Of a DNA stretch of 64,000 bases, positions 1 to 12,840 are shown one piece after another. The stretch is from Proteromonas lacertae. Its lineage: Eukaryota. The stretch is from positions 1-64,000 of the forward strand of contig NGBS01000020.1 in assembly GCA_002245135.1 (NCBI GenBank), read 5' to 3'. The position numbers were made by a program, and so were the translations under genes. Every line of letters starts with the position of its first letter. The stretch's first letter is position 1. Below the pieces are notes generated by a model. The model was not told the DNA's origin, did no database searches, and worked only from the letters and a program-made list of their open reading frames with translations.

Positions 1-611
1 CAAATCCTTTAAATCCAAAACAAATCTTACAAGCGAGAAAGAAACAGCTCCAGCAGCAATGATTTCTGTATTTTTAATTCGTTATTTTTGTTATTATTTA
101 ATAGAGAATTCAACCTCCATTAAGTACTCCTAGATCAGATATATCATTAACACCTCCACAGAGATTTACAAAGACATTTGTAGCTAAAACTGAAACTGTT
201 CAACTTCCTAAAGAACCAAATAATAACAACAAATAACAATAATATAGAAGAAGTAGAAAATGAGAAAGATTTGCTTATAAGAGTTATTCAGCAGAAACTA
301 GCTGATTTGAAGTTAAGCTTAGACAAAACACCAAGATTGTACAAAGATTTAAGTATTCCTATTGATTTGATAAATTCAAAAACAAAAACATTGATTGAAG
401 GAAAGAATCTTCAACATAAATCATTGAAGTATTTGCAAGATAAACAAAAAGATGTTGATTATGTAATAAGCCAATTAAGAGTATTAATATTTATAATCCC
501 ATATATAATAAATAGATAACAGAAGCAGTATCAAAGCAATCTTCATTAGATAAACAGAAAAAAGTGATAATAGCAAAGAGAAAAAACACAGCTCCTTCCA
601 GATTAAGGTAA
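1..611 (+). CDS. 3' part of a spliced hypothetical protein (coiled-coil-like), truncated by window start
   Basis: ORF 271-519 continues across a GT-AG intron (481-515) into a last exon ending ...KNTAPSRLR-TAA at 609-611; no recognisable family. Confidence 0.5.
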
Positions 612-729
612 ATCATATTATTACTCGTAATTATTAATATTTTGAGTTTTTTTGTTTAAACATAATTAATACTATGTATTTTAATAATACGCTGTATTTA
701 TTTAAAATTTGAAATATTTAAAGAACCAG

Positions 730-1433
730 ATGAGTAGAAGGGATAATCCATATATACCTAAAACTAATAAAATTAAATTGTTGGTTTTAGGAGATGCTGG
801 TATTCTTACTCTTGATTTTTATTGTATTTAGCTGTTGGAAAGACGAGTGTGACTAGATTTTCACCAGATCAACATTTGAACAGAATTATATTGCGACTCT
901 TGGAATTGACTATGAAACAAGAAGATTCACTGTAGATGGTGAAGATGTTTCTCTTCAAGTATTTCAATTAGATATATTGTTAGATATGGGATACAGCTGG
1001 TCAAGAAAAGTTTCGTTCAATAACAAAAGCATATTATAAAGGAAGTAATGGTGTTGTTTTAATGTATGATATAACATTGAGAACTTCCTTTGATCATATT
1101 AACCAATGGGTTCCAGAGATTTATAAAGAAACAGATATAAATATAGCAATGATTCTAGTAGGAAATAAACATGATTTAGAAAAAGAGAGAGTATTTATTG
1201 TTAAATTATTCAATAGGTTGTAAGTGAACAAGAAGGAATTGATTTGGCAAGAAAATTCAACTTAAAATATATAGAAACAAGTGCTAAAACAGGTTGGAAA
1301 GTAGATGATGTATTTACCGAGATTGCAAGTCAAATACTTCATAGTTCCCAATACAAGAGAAAAAAGAAAAACTAAGTCATGATCAGTAACAATAAAAGAA
1401 GAAAAACAACCTGAAAAAAAGAAATGTTGTTAA
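730..1433 (+). CDS. Rab-family small GTPase (Rab8/Sec4-like), 3 short introns, apparent indels near 860 and 1370
   Basis: Spliced motifs KLLVLGDA/VGKTS, YIATLGIDY, WDTAGQEKFRSITKAYYKG, ILVGNKHDL, IETSAKTG; C-terminal CC prenylation signal before TAA 1431-1433. Confidence 0.9.
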
Positions 1434-1470
1434 TTTGTATGTTAGTTAATTGTAAATAAATAATAATAAA

Positions 1471-4278
1471 TTACCTTCTCTTATTTTTAGTATTTAAACT
1501 ATCACTCTCCTCTAATTTTCTCTTTTGAGCAATATCAGGAATACACTCATTAACTTCAGGTATAAAATCCAAACCTTCATATTTATTAAATATTTTTCGA
1601 TGTTCATCTAATTCTTCAGCTAGAGATGTTAATTGTCCTTTCATAGCAAGACTATTAGCAATTTCAAATGATTTTTCTGTAGTAAAATGATTAGAAACAT
1701 CTCTACATCTCTCAATCTTTTCAGAATTTAATGCTTCAACCAAATGCACTAATAAATCTTTATCTATCTTTTTACATAATGAATTCATTGTTTCATCATC
1801 CACAAATCCACCTAATCTTTTTATTAATTGATACTAGTAAATAATATATTAAAAATAAAAATATACATGTTTCAAAAGTATTAATTTCTGTATATATCCT
1901 TGATCAGCCTCTGCAGTTGAACTTGATATCAATAATGGAACATGTAATAGAATTGTTGATAAGACTGGTGGTTTTAATGTTCTTGGGAATAACGCAGTAG
2001 CATGTAAAACAGCGCATAAACATTTATCTTCAGTTACACTAACCAGCCAATGTGTTAATTCTAATAATAACAAATAACAAAGTTATACTAGCAGTCTTAC
2101 AACAATTCTCATCATTTGTATCTAGGATTGGAACCCATTGATAGCCATAAGAAGTTACTAAAGTACATAATAATCCATTTGAAGTATAATAAACAGGATA
2201 TCCAATAGTCGAAAAACCAATCCATTCAATTGTAGTTTTAGAGCAATTCAAACTTCCTTCTGCTATTTTATAATTTGTATTTACATCTATTAATTGATAA
2301 GATATATTCTGTGCTTCTCCAGTTGGTAAACTTGAATGATATATAATGAATAATTGTGAATCATAACCAACCATTGAGATTATACTACCAGGTGATAATA
2401 TAGGTATTAATTGTAAACCAGTATGTGTAAAGAATCTAATAATAGAAGATCCATTATGATTTACTGCAACAGCACACCACTTATTACCAGCAGCAATACA
2501 GATAGTTTCTTCATCTGGATTCAATACAGCATACCATTCATCTGTAGTACTATTCAATGGTCTAAAATACAATGAAATTGGTTTTCTTTTATGCGATAAT
2601 TCATCAAAATCTGTTCTTCCTGATGTAGCAAAGAATGCTGAATTGTCTGTTAATGTTCCATATGAATATCCTTCAGTTTCACTGATTGTAAAGTTCTTAT
2701 GTTTATAAACATCATTAAATGTTACTGAAATTGAATTTTTTTTCTCTTCTTTTCTTGTAATAATACAACCAGTGTAATTCCAACATAAATATCTTCTATT
2801 CTCTTCAACTGGAGTGGATGATGGTTGGAATGGTCTTTGCATGGCTGTCATCATATTATCACAATTCAAAATCACTGCATTTCCATTAGCATTATCTTCA
2901 TCATCATATAATTCACCTTTCTTTTCTAATTCTCTTTCTTTTGCTTCAACTAAATCCAAATCATCAATTAATTCATCATCTTCATCTTCAATATCATTAT
3001 CATTTTGTTTATCTACTTTTTTGGACATTGACTTTTTAAATGATTTATTCTTACTTCTTCATTATTATCATCTTCTTCTAATGGTCCTATATCATCATCA
3101 TCATCATTTACATTTACATTATTGTTATTATTATTAGTTTCTCCTTCTATATCATCAGGTATATCTCATCTTCTAATGCTTCGTCTTCAATATATTTCTC
3201 TTTCAATTCACTTCCTTTCTTCAGTTTATTCAACTTTTCTGAGATGGTTTGGTTTTAGATTTGTTTGTTCTAAAAATGGAGATGGTAAATTATCATTGAT
3301 TATATTCTTATATATTCCATATTGTCCTCATATCCATTACTACAGCTTCATTTGCTTCTATTTATAATAAATAAATAAATATACTTTTATTCCATTGTAT
3401 TTGACAGCATCTTTAGCATCAATATCTTCAGTTTTAATACACTTTTTATTCTCCACATCCCATACACATATTGTAGAATTACAACTACTACTCAATAGAT
3501 ACAAATCATTTGGACTGAATGCAACAATATCAATATTCTCATTAGCAGATTCAGACAATACAAACAATTCATTCCATGTCTTATATTCTATTATAGCTAT
3601 ATCATTATGTTTTGGAATTGCTAAGTATTTGTTGTTATTACTCCAACTACATTGACCTTTGTATTCATTGGCTATTCCAACTACTGGAGCATATTGTGTG
3701 AATGTTTTACAACAAGTTTTTGATTTGATATCCCATATTTTGATATTACCATCTGCACTTGTACTTACTAAATACTCATCTGTCTTATTGAAGGATAAAG
3801 AAGTGACTGGTTTTGCATGTCCTCTTAATTCACCACATTTTGATCCAAATGGGATTACAAGCATTATTGCTGAGTTGTCAGATCCAACAGCTCTATATAG
3901 ATGTAATATATTCGGAATATATACAGTAATTTCTCATCTTTCGTCAAAGCTAAACATCTGATAGGCTGCTGTAATGTATATATTGTATTCTTTTCACTAG
4001 CTTCTGGAAATGAATAACTAATAACAGAGTGAGTATCAGTTCCTAAGTATAATCTTAAACCAGAATCGTTAAGCGTACAACAATTAATTTCTTCATCTTC
4101 TAGAGATAAAAGTAATTTATGTTTTCCTTCCGAATCATATAAAGCAACCTAATTAATGAAAATTGAGAAAATACTGAACAATCACTTCCACAAGTCACAA
4201 CACTCGATCCATCTTTAGTATAACTACAATCACATGGGAATGAATGAGCAAAATAAACTTGATTGATGAAGCTTCCAT
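1471..4278 (-). CDS. WDHD1: WDHD1/AND-1/Ctf4 replisome adaptor (N-terminal WD40 + SepB domain), spliced, with apparent frameshifts in 3030-3350 and near the start
   Basis: N-terminal DGSSVVTCGSD; WD40 repeats (LRGHAKPVTSLSF...DGNIKIWD); SepB signature QRPFQPSSTP...RRYLCWNYTGCI; WIGFSTIGYP. Confidence 0.85.
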
Positions 4279-4287
4279 TTTCAATTA

Positions 4288-4295
4288 TTTCGCGC
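4288..4295. promoter_or_regulatory. E2F-type site TTTCGCGC
   Basis: Exact TTTSSCGC match about 10 nt upstream of the WDHD1 ATG, in a CG-poor background. Confidence 0.45.
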
Positions 4296-4355
4296 CAAGC
4301 TTTATCAAACTTTATCACAAATCAAGCTTATTTAAATTGTATTTTGACTAATTCA

Positions 4356-5498
4356 ATGACAACTGTGTTGTGTGTGAAAAGAAAAGCATCAGATACGTTT
4401 AAAGATAGTCTATATGTGAATGCAAATAAGAAATTAAAGATTGATGTAAGTGATTTAGAATTGCCAAAGAAGAGAAAACTGTATATATAGAATATAATAT
4501 TGTAGAGTAATATATAAGCACATTGAATCTATACCAGCATCTTGTAGTAAAGAAGAAATAGAATCAACCCTTTTATCACATTTCATACAAAAAGGAGAAG
4601 AAAAAGATAATGAAAATACATCATCAAAACGAATTAAAATAGTTAATATAAAAATACCGTATATTATAAATTTGATTTACAGTATTTAGACAACATCCTT
4701 CAAAAGTTACATGTAATGGTGTGCCAATGAAATCAGTAGCAACTCCAATATTATCTCCAGCTGAAAGAATAATGGATAAAGCAATATATGATGCATTTAA
4801 TTCAAACTTATATGATGATATATTTAGAGCAGTTTCAATGGGAATAGATATTAATTTTCAACGTCCTCTTGCTGATGGTGTTACTGCATTTATGGCTGCA
4901 TGTGCTGCAGGTAATATGGAAATGATGGAAAGACTTAGGAATCTTGGAGCAAAAGCAAATGTATATTTATTTTTTATGTTTATATACTGTGTTTTAGATA
5001 AGAAATTTTGAAAATGAAAATGCTATAGATATTGTCAATAGAATATACAAACCAATGCATCCTGATTCTCCAGAATATTATCATTTGATAGAAGTGTTAA
5101 TGGAATTAATAAATGAAGATGATACAAAAGATGAGTTGAATATGTATGATAATCAAAGTGATGTAGTTTATGATTATTATATAAAAACAGATGAAGTTCC
5201 AGAAGAAGATCTCAATAATGATGAATTATATAATGAACTATTAGATTTCAGTTATAATGAAGATAAAGAGGATGAAAATGATGATGAAAAAGACAGTGAA
5301 GATGAGAATAACTCTGAGAATGATTATCCTGATGAAGAAAGTGATGATAATAGTAATAACAAAGGAATGGAATATGATGATGATGAATATATGGATAATG
5401 AAATGGATAATTCAGATGATGGAAATTGTGGAAGTGATAAAGAGATGAATGATTTAGAAGAATATTATGGTGAAGATGGTAATGATTATTATGAATAA
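4356..5498 (+). CDS. IWR1: IWR1/SLC7A6OS-like RNA polymerase II nuclear import factor with an internal ankyrin repeat
   Basis: N-terminal TVLCVKRK; C-terminal DVVYDYY...DSEDENNSENDYPDEE (Iwr1 motif); ankyrin-like DINFQR..DGVTAFMAACAAGNMEMMERLRNLGA; short introns. Confidence 0.7.
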
Positions 5499-5576
5499 TG
5501 AGTTTTTATTTTTTTTAATTTATTGTTATTCTGTTTTTTGAGTATTTTAAAAACAAACACTAACAAAAATAAAACT

Positions 5577-5578
<2 letters not shown>

Positions 5579-5608
<30 letters not shown>
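5579..5608. repeat. (TA)n microsatellite
   Basis: About 15 TA units between the convergent IWR1 and PI31 genes. Confidence 0.95.
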
Positions 5609-5612
<4 letters not shown>

Positions 5613-5637
5613 ACAAAAGAATAAACAAAAAACACAT

Positions 5638-6595
5638 TTAAAAACCAAATCCAAAATCATTATCATTAGGCCCTCCTTGTGGTGGTTTCAAATGATCAGG
5701 ATCTGGTACACCAAACATGTTTGGTTTTCCCTTCTTTGGAAATGGACCTTTTGGATGTAATGGATCAAACGGGTCAAATCTAGCATTTGGAGGAACACCA
5801 TCAGGTAAATTGGGTGGTTGTTGGAAATAATTAGGTCCCATCATGTTACCCATCGGTCCATTACTAAATGGGTTTATATCTCCATTGAAATCACCTCCAA
5901 AAGGATGACTGTGATGTGTATCAACAAAATCATACCTTCCACTGTATGGATTGATTTGTGGATTGATTAATGATGGATTGTGAGTTGTAGCATCATCATT
6001 ATGTATGTTTTGCTGTAAATTTATTGGATTTTGTGGTTTTGGTAAATGGGAAGTATCATAATGTGGTAATTGAGGTTTTGGACCTAACTCTTTAGGATCG
6101 TTTTCTATTTGTGGTATTTGTGATATAAAATGAGTTATTTTATCAATTAATTCTGAAGGATTTATTATTCTTTCATTTATCGGCTTTGAATCATCAAAAT
6201 ATTCATATAAGCATATTTGAATTGAATGATTTCTATTAATTGGTTCAATAATTATTGTTATTGTAGCATTCTTTTCATCTTCTAAGAATGTCTATGATTA
6301 TATAATTCTAAATGTATACCAATAATTCATATTTGAACGATGCATTCCTGTAATGCGTATATCTAAATTGTAACTCTTGAGGAATCCAATTTGGAGGAAC
6401 AAAACAATCACTGGGAATTGGCTTTATTGCCGGTGCAAATCCGGGTATTGTAGATGGTTCTTCATATATACATCTATATCCCGCCTTCTTAAGAATATTA
6501 TGACAGATTAGATGAAGGAGTTGATTATCTTCACTAATTGATATATTCTGCTTCGAAATAGATTGAAATATTTGATCAATGTCACTGTTTGACAT
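5638..6595 (-). CDS. PSMF1: Proteasome inhibitor PI31 (PSMF1-like)
   Basis: FP-domain features (HNILKKAGYRCI, PPNW..., FRYTH) and proline-rich C-terminus GVPPNARFDPFDP...PDPDHLKPP; intron near 6290-6320. Confidence 0.85.
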
Positions 6596-6825
6596 AAGTG
6601 TAAGTTTTAAAAGTAAAAATAATAAAATAGAAAGAAGTGAGTTCTTTTTAACGAGTAAAGTCTGTTTAAGTTAGCCTCGATTTCTATTTTCTTACCTAGG
6701 GGTTGATGTTTAATAATGTAATAAAAATTATATTAATTAATTTCAAATGTGTAAATATAGGCCATTTAATATCAAAATAAGCAAAGAATTAGAAAAATGA
6801 ATATAGGTGTGTATAATACTAACAA

Positions 6826-7524
6826 TTACTTTTGCGAATTTACATAATCATTAAAAATTGTAATTATCTCAGATATCTATATAAATAAATAATAAATGAA
6901 TAATTTATAGAAATATATACATTATCAACATATTTGATTGATTTTATTACTTGTTCAGGCATCTAAAAGTATTAATGATATTATATAACAATATACTGGA
7001 ATAGAATCAGCTAATCCTTTAATCACCTTTTCCCAAGGATTTCTATATGCTACAATACAAGGAGTAGGATGTTCATCATGACGAACATATTCGTTAGTTA
7101 AAACACATAAAAACTCCTCTAAAGTGCCTAGAGAACCAGGCAATATCAAATACATTGAAGACTGTATTAATTTTTCTATTCTATTTAAAAGAGAAGTTGA
7201 ATCTGTTGTTTTAGTACAATATGGATTTGCTAATCCGCCATCTCTCCATTTGAACATTGGACTACAAATAACTCCTTCTGCTTCTGTTTTACCTATTTCT
7301 TTAATTCCTTTTGATAAAGCTTCCATTGTTCCACAATATCCACCATTTCTCTATTTTTCAATTATTACATCAATTTATAATCTATACAATACTAAAACCA
7401 TTCAATCCCAATTCTTTACCTATTTCATATGCTTCTTCATATTCTTTATCACCTTCTTTTGGACTATTACATATAATATTCTTATAGTTCCATACGCAGA
7501 TGATCCAAATATTGTAACATACAT
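6826..7524 (-). CDS. LOG / lysine-decarboxylase-like (SLOG) nucleotide-binding protein
   Basis: Spliced sequence MYVTIFGSSA, EEAYEIGKELG, NGGYCGTMEALSKG and ILPGSLGTLEE (PGGxGTxxE motif). Confidence 0.8.
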
Positions 7525-7599
7525 GAGAAAATCAATTCCAAAAATACAAAAGCTTGACAGAGAATCAAACCTAATTATTATTCTTTCTGTTTTTTAGCA

Positions 7600-9058
7600 A
7601 TGGAGATAAAAAATTCAGATAAATTGTGTATAGCCATAGTTTGTGATTTCTTTTATCCTCATAATGGTGGTGTAGAAACACATATTTGGTCAATTGCACA
7701 AGGTTTAATAGAATTAGGTAATAAAGTATGTATATATCAAATAATACATTGATCTATTTGTTATAAATAGGTAATTGTTATTACTCGCGCATATGATGAA
7801 AGAAAAGGAGTGAGGTATATGACAAATGGCTTGAAAGTGTATTATTTACCAGTGTTCAATTTCTTCTCTGTCAGTATACCAATATTTTTCTTTCAAATGC
7901 CTCTTTTAAGATATGTATATTAATTATTGTGATTTTGATTTAGATACTCATCAGTGAATCAGTCCAAATCATTCATATACATCAATATACATCTCTATTA
8001 TGTTTAACATTAACAGTAATGGGATATATATTAAATCTTAAAGTAGTTTATTCAGATCATTCTCTAATAGAATTTGAAGATACTTTTCCAATGTTATTAG
8101 ATAAAATTCACCGACATTTTTCACCATTAATAACATCACATATTGGTGTGAGCTATGTACATAGAGATAATATGATATTAAGATGGTGTTTAAAACCAGA
8201 AGACATTTATATAATACCAAATGCAGTTGATACATCAATATTCACACCAGATGTTACAAAAATCAATCCAAAAGATAAAATAAACATAGTTGTAATGAGT
8301 AGAATGGCATATAGAAAAGGAGTTGATTTATTAGTTCGTGTAGTTCCGTTAATATGTAATAAATATAATAATATTTACTTTATAATTGGAGGAAGTGGTC
8401 CAAAATTAATTGACATTTTGGAGATGAGAGATAGAGAGAATTTGAAAGAGAGAGTTGAAATATTAGGAGATATTGAACAATCACATGTTAGAGATGTTTT
8501 AGTATATATTGTTATTATACTTATTATTATTATTATTGCATAGATAAGAGGACATATTTTTTTAAATTGTTCATTAACTGAATCATTTTGTATTGCTTTA
8601 TTAGAAGCTGTTAGTTGTGGATTAATCTCTGTTTCAACTAATGTTGGTGGTATTCCTGAAATATTACCGTCTAATGTTATTATTACTAAACCAGCAAGTA
8701 GTGAAGCATTGTTGGAAGGAATAGATGAAGCTATTGAGAGAATTAGCTCAATTAATAGAGATGAATTACATGAGATTGTGAAAACATCTTATTCATGGTT
8801 GAATTCATCAAAGAGGATATACAGAGTGTATTTGGATGCTTTAAAGAAGGAAAAAATGACTGTATTAGATGTTACAAGATCTACTTTGGGAAGTGGTAAT
8901 GTATATATTTCATTTGGTTATATTTGTAATAGCTACTTGGACTATTGATTAGTATGCTAGTTATTTGGTCTTATATCGTTGAGATTATAATTGATTATGT
9001 ATATCCAATAGAAAAAATTGAAAAGAAAGATAATTTAATTCAGCAATTAAAAAAATAA
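7600..9058 (+). CDS. PIGA: GPI-GlcNAc transferase catalytic subunit PIG-A/GPI3 (GT4)
   Basis: [80 protein letters not shown]; short introns; TAA 9056-9058. Confidence 0.95.
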
Positions 9059-12000
9059 TTATATTAATGCATTATGATTGTTTCCTGTACTATAATAGCT
9101 GTAATTAAAAGATTTGTCTCGTCTGTTTGTTGGGCTTAGATTCTTTAGATTTTTATTGTTTAATTTTGATTGATAGCCCCTTATTTGGCTTTTTATTGAT
9201 TTTACACAACTATCTAACTGACTAATTTCTCTAATTGACAAACCTTTCAAACTAGTTCGAATATAAGATGTACCTGGTAAATAGAGCAGTTTAGATAGTT
9301 TCAACATTGAAAATAGTGCTGGATTTGTTATTTTTAAAGTTGCTAAATCAGTTCTAAACATCTATAGAATAATCAAATCATACAAATCATTTTCTAATTC
9401 ATCTAAAGCAATAGATGGCATTGGAACTCGAGGAACATAAATAGAGAATGATGAAGATGAGAGAAAAGAATTCCCATCTTTATTTACATCTAACTCTTCT
9501 TTCTCATTACTCTCTTCAACTGTTTCTTCCTCATCGTTTTCTTTTTCTTCTATTTTCTTTTCATTTTCTTTCTCCTTTTTTCTTTTTTCTTCAATCAACT
9601 AATCAAATAAACATAAAGAAATACTTTCAGTTGTTTATTTACATACTCTATTCCTGCTTTTATTTGCTGTATTTTTTCTATATTCTTCATTGCTTCAGGT
9701 ATATTATCCCAAATAAAATCACAAGTTCCTACTCTCAACACTGATGGAATTCTTAATTTATAGAACAATGTCTTATCTTTTTGAAACTTTGATGATAATT
9801 CATGTCTAATCAAGAAATATAATAAATATATAAATATACAGTGAGTTATTAACAGACAATAACAACTTTGTTGGAGGTGAAAGATTCTCTGGTATATCGA
9901 ATGGATGAGGAGAAGATAGAGGTGTTGTTGTTGATAATGACATTTTCATTGCTTGATAATGCTAAGTATAGTAAACAACATAAATATATATATTTATTAA
10001 TACTTCTATTTGATCTAATACATTCTTTATATCTATTTGAATTTCTGAAAGTATATCTGGTGTTCTTAATTTATAGGAAATGAATGACATTATAGATCTG
10101 GAATTCTCCCAATATAATAATTTGGGTATTTCTAATTTCTTAAATATTTGTGGATCATTTAATTGTATTGAACTAATATACTCTCTATTTGGTTAATAAT
10201 AATAGTATCTTTATATACAATTGCTTGTTTAATTCATCAACAAGAGTATCTTCAACATCATTTTCTTTTTTCTTATTCATCATCTTTATCTTGTTGAATG
10301 GAATTATCTTCTTTTTCATTATTCAAATTAGATACAACTTCATCACTTGTAGTATACTGCCTCTGGATCATCATAATACCAATTTGGTGGATATTTCTTC
10401 AACTTCTTTTCTGCTTCAGCTTTTTGCATTTTTATTTGAAATTTTCTATCCTATTAACATAATCATATTATATTAGTATTTATACAGATTCTATCATCAA
10501 ATCATTTAATGTTTTTATGTATGTATTATATTCTGATATTGGATATACAGTATGACTATTATCTAGTAAGAAAGTGATTTGAGATATATCATTAGCTGAT
10601 ACTTGAATATGTTTACTTTTCAGTTTATTACTATTCAATATAACATTTTATACATAATACAATAAGTATTTCAATTCTTTTACTTTTTTCGATTTTTCTT
10701 GTTTATACTCTTCAATATAATTCTATTCAATAGCAATTCATAAAATATTATACTGATGCATTAGTATAATACCTTTGAAGTTCACTAAATATAGATAAAG
10801 TCTCATCTATTTTGATTGGTAATTCAAAATTGTGTGTTTCTAAGTATTTTGTAATTGTTTTATTTGGATCACAATGAGGATAATTAGTTAAACATGAAGA
10901 GAGTTTCTGTCTAAGATCAATTATTTGATTTCTGTAATATCTATATAAAAAATATATATACAACTAAAACAAAATACTTCATTCTTAATTGTTGAATATT
11001 GGTTATTACTGTTGATATTTGATATCTATCCATCATAGATTTTGACTGTATTTCTAATTCTGTATTTATAAGTTCATTTTCAAATGTTGTTTTATATTTA
11101 GATGTTGGATGAGAAGATATTTCTATTCTATATGTCTTTCTAATACAAATCATTACAATAATATAATACATCAATGAGAGAATATCATTTTGTTTAACAA
11201 CATCTTGATTCTTCTGTTTTCTTACAATCTTTACTATATCTGATAATTCTTTCAGATAATATTTATATTTGTTGATATTATAGTTAGTTGGTTTTGATTT
11301 GATTAAATTTTCAATAAATAACATAAAGTTCCTATGTTCATATCTTAATGCAGTATTAATATGAGTGATTATCGAATTATATTCGTTACTATTTCATAAA
11401 AACAATAAAAAATCGCATATACAATAATATTTCTATTTCGTTGAGTATAATATCTCTATCATTAATATAATTGTGAATATATTCTTCATATTCATATTTG
11501 TATTTGTTAAGTTGTTCTATTGAATATTTCATCTCATAATTCTTTGGAACTATCAACAGATTTGCTTTGGTTATGTATTTCTGAATAGATTTTGATTGAT
11601 AATAATGATGATATTTGTTTATATAATCATTCAATTTCTTACATAAATTCTCTATTTCTTCCTTCATTATTCTTCTTTTCAACTGATCATTTCTATTATT
11701 CAATATATATTTATGAAAGAAATACAGATAAACTGGATTTGTACTATCAAATGGAAGAGTTGATTTCATTGAACTTACTGTTGAGGTTGTTTTATTGAAA
11801 CTACTTGAAACTTTAACTCTAATTAAATTAGAATTTAATTTATAAATGATATATACGGACTTCTTACTATTTCATTTTGTGAAGATACTTTATTACTTTT
11901 ACCTTTCATATTTCTGTTTTGTTTATTAGTTATTCTGACTATTATGTCTTTATATTCATCTATTGGAAGATTTTCATTGGATTTTATATCATTTAATATT

Positions 12001-12640
12001 CCTTTAAAAATAGTTGAATCTTCTTTTACTAATGCCATTATCTTTTCAACCATTTGCTTCTTTTGTTCTTCATATATTTTTATACTCTTATCATATTGAA
12101 GAGTATATTTTGTAAGTTTATTATACCATTCTTCATACTTATTCACATCAAATTTAACCTTTTTTATTTCAATAATATAGTTTGATATATCACTATTAAT
12201 TGTAAAGAAAGGATAAATCCTGATTTTTCTTTCCAAACTACTGATTAATGTATTGATTTTGTTTTGTTGAAATTCTATCAAATATGGAATAGTTTTCTGG
12301 TTTCTTTCAACATTATCTCTATGTATTACATACTAAATTATTCATTATACTGATCATATTGAGATAATTCATACTTTCTTTTCATATCATACAGTATATT
12401 GTACAGTTTCTTTAAATCTTCTATTTTTGGATCAAAACTTGACATTATCTCATTTATTTTCTTTTTAATATTAGATAATATCTTTAAAAATGTCTGTTTC
12501 ATATCTGTCTCAGGATCATTACTAATACTGAATAAACAAATATATCTATGTAATATAAATCAACAGTTATACATTTCTGATTCTATTTTACTTTGTAATG
12601 AATATATATCCTTCTCATTACTGTTATTAAGACCACTCAT
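9059..12640 (-). CDS. Large multi-exon helical protein of the local 'YP[H/F]Y' repeat family (gene A)
   Basis: Chain of minus-strand ORFs linked by short GT-AG introns; KIRIYPFF and LTNYPHC motifs; C-terminal ...KFQKDKTLFYKLRIP segment shared with neighbours. Confidence 0.55.
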
Positions 12641-12840
12641 TTATCCTTTCTTACAACTACTTTCAACAAAATAATATTACAAATTATTTGTTAATAAAAA
12701 ATAATACTGTAAATAACTACTAAGATTGATGAGAAATATGAAATTTAAATTCTATGGTTATTCTAAATTATTTTTTTATTAACCAAAAATAAAAAATAAA
12801 AGCTTGACCATAAGCTTGACTCATTTTAAAAAATTTTAAA

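Noticed and set aside
840..4278. Frameshifts in Rab and WDHD1 as pseudogenisation or programmed frameshifting
   Set aside because: All motifs are intact and the shifts are small indels, mostly in low-complexity runs; assembly error is the simplest explanation, which also weakens frameshift evidence in the element and LRR gene
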